Part shown: positions 63,729 to 64,000 of the stretch, piece after piece
Numbering within the stretch: position 1 is the first letter of the stretch
Layout: each line of letters opens with the position of its first letter
From: Basidiobolus meristosporus CBS 931.73
Taxonomy: Eukaryota; Fungi; Basidiobolomycota
Direction of reading: 5' to 3'
Assembly: GCA_002104905.1 (NCBI GenBank)
Contig: MCFE01000065.1
Coordinates: 127,031-191,030 of the forward strand
DNA length: 64,000 nt
Notes under the pieces: generated by a model
Seen by the model: the letters and a program-made list of their open reading frames with translations, nothing else
Database searches by the model: none
What the model was told of the DNA's origin: nothing
Position numbers and translations under genes: made by a program

Positions 63729-64000
63729 TTAGGGTTAGGGTTAGGGTTAGGGTTAGGGTTAGGGTTAGGGTTAGGGTTAGGGTTAGGGTTAGGGTTAGGG
63801 TTAGGGTTAGGGTTAGGGTTAGGGTTAGGTTAGGGTTAGGGTTAGGGTTAGGGTTAGGGTTAGGGTTAGGGTTAGGGTTAGGGTTAGGGTTAGGGTTAGG
63901 GTTAGGGTTAGGGTTAGGGTTAGGGTTAGGGTTAGGGTTAGGGTTAGGGTTAGGGTTAGGGTTAGGGTTAGGGTTAGGGTTAGGGTTAGGGTTAGGGTTA
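63729..64000 (+). repeat. Telomeric (TTAGGG)n tract, right chromosome end
   Basis: About 45 tandem TTAGGG units running to the window end, G-rich strand on +; one TTAGG variant at 63825-63829. Confidence 0.99.

Noticed and set aside
1-64000. tRNA genes and CRISPR arrays
   Set aside because: No complete cloverleaf with valid A/B boxes and no regularly spaced repeat-spacer array seen; eukaryotic context.

Overview
Right end of a fungal chromosome, finishing in about 45 TTAGGG repeats (63729-64000). Short GT-AG introns, gene content and TE types point to an early-diverging fungus (Zoopagomycota/Mucoromycota-like; this is an inference). The window holds ordinary genes (alpha-arrestin, SAP30-like, Argonaute, SIP5-like, GNAT, SERCA Ca2+-ATPase, RPL14, MFS transporter, RRP12), three ~99% identical catalase genes with unrelated flanks, and several bacterial-type genes (cupin, BtuF-like binding protein, a zincin-VHL-ShKT fusion). 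The most striking region is the last ~4 kb. Between RRP12 and the telomere lies a head-to-tail array of three 5'-truncated, telomere-oriented non-LTR retroelement units (A carries RT, B is a diverged RT C-terminus, C is ORF1/gag-only). They share a covarying multi-hairpin 3' tail ending in a CCCTAA-like sequence. The arrangement resembles Drosophila HeT-A/TART or Athena/Coprina-style terminal retrotransposition working alongside telomerase. All protein assignments are from motif recognition by eye; no database search was run.
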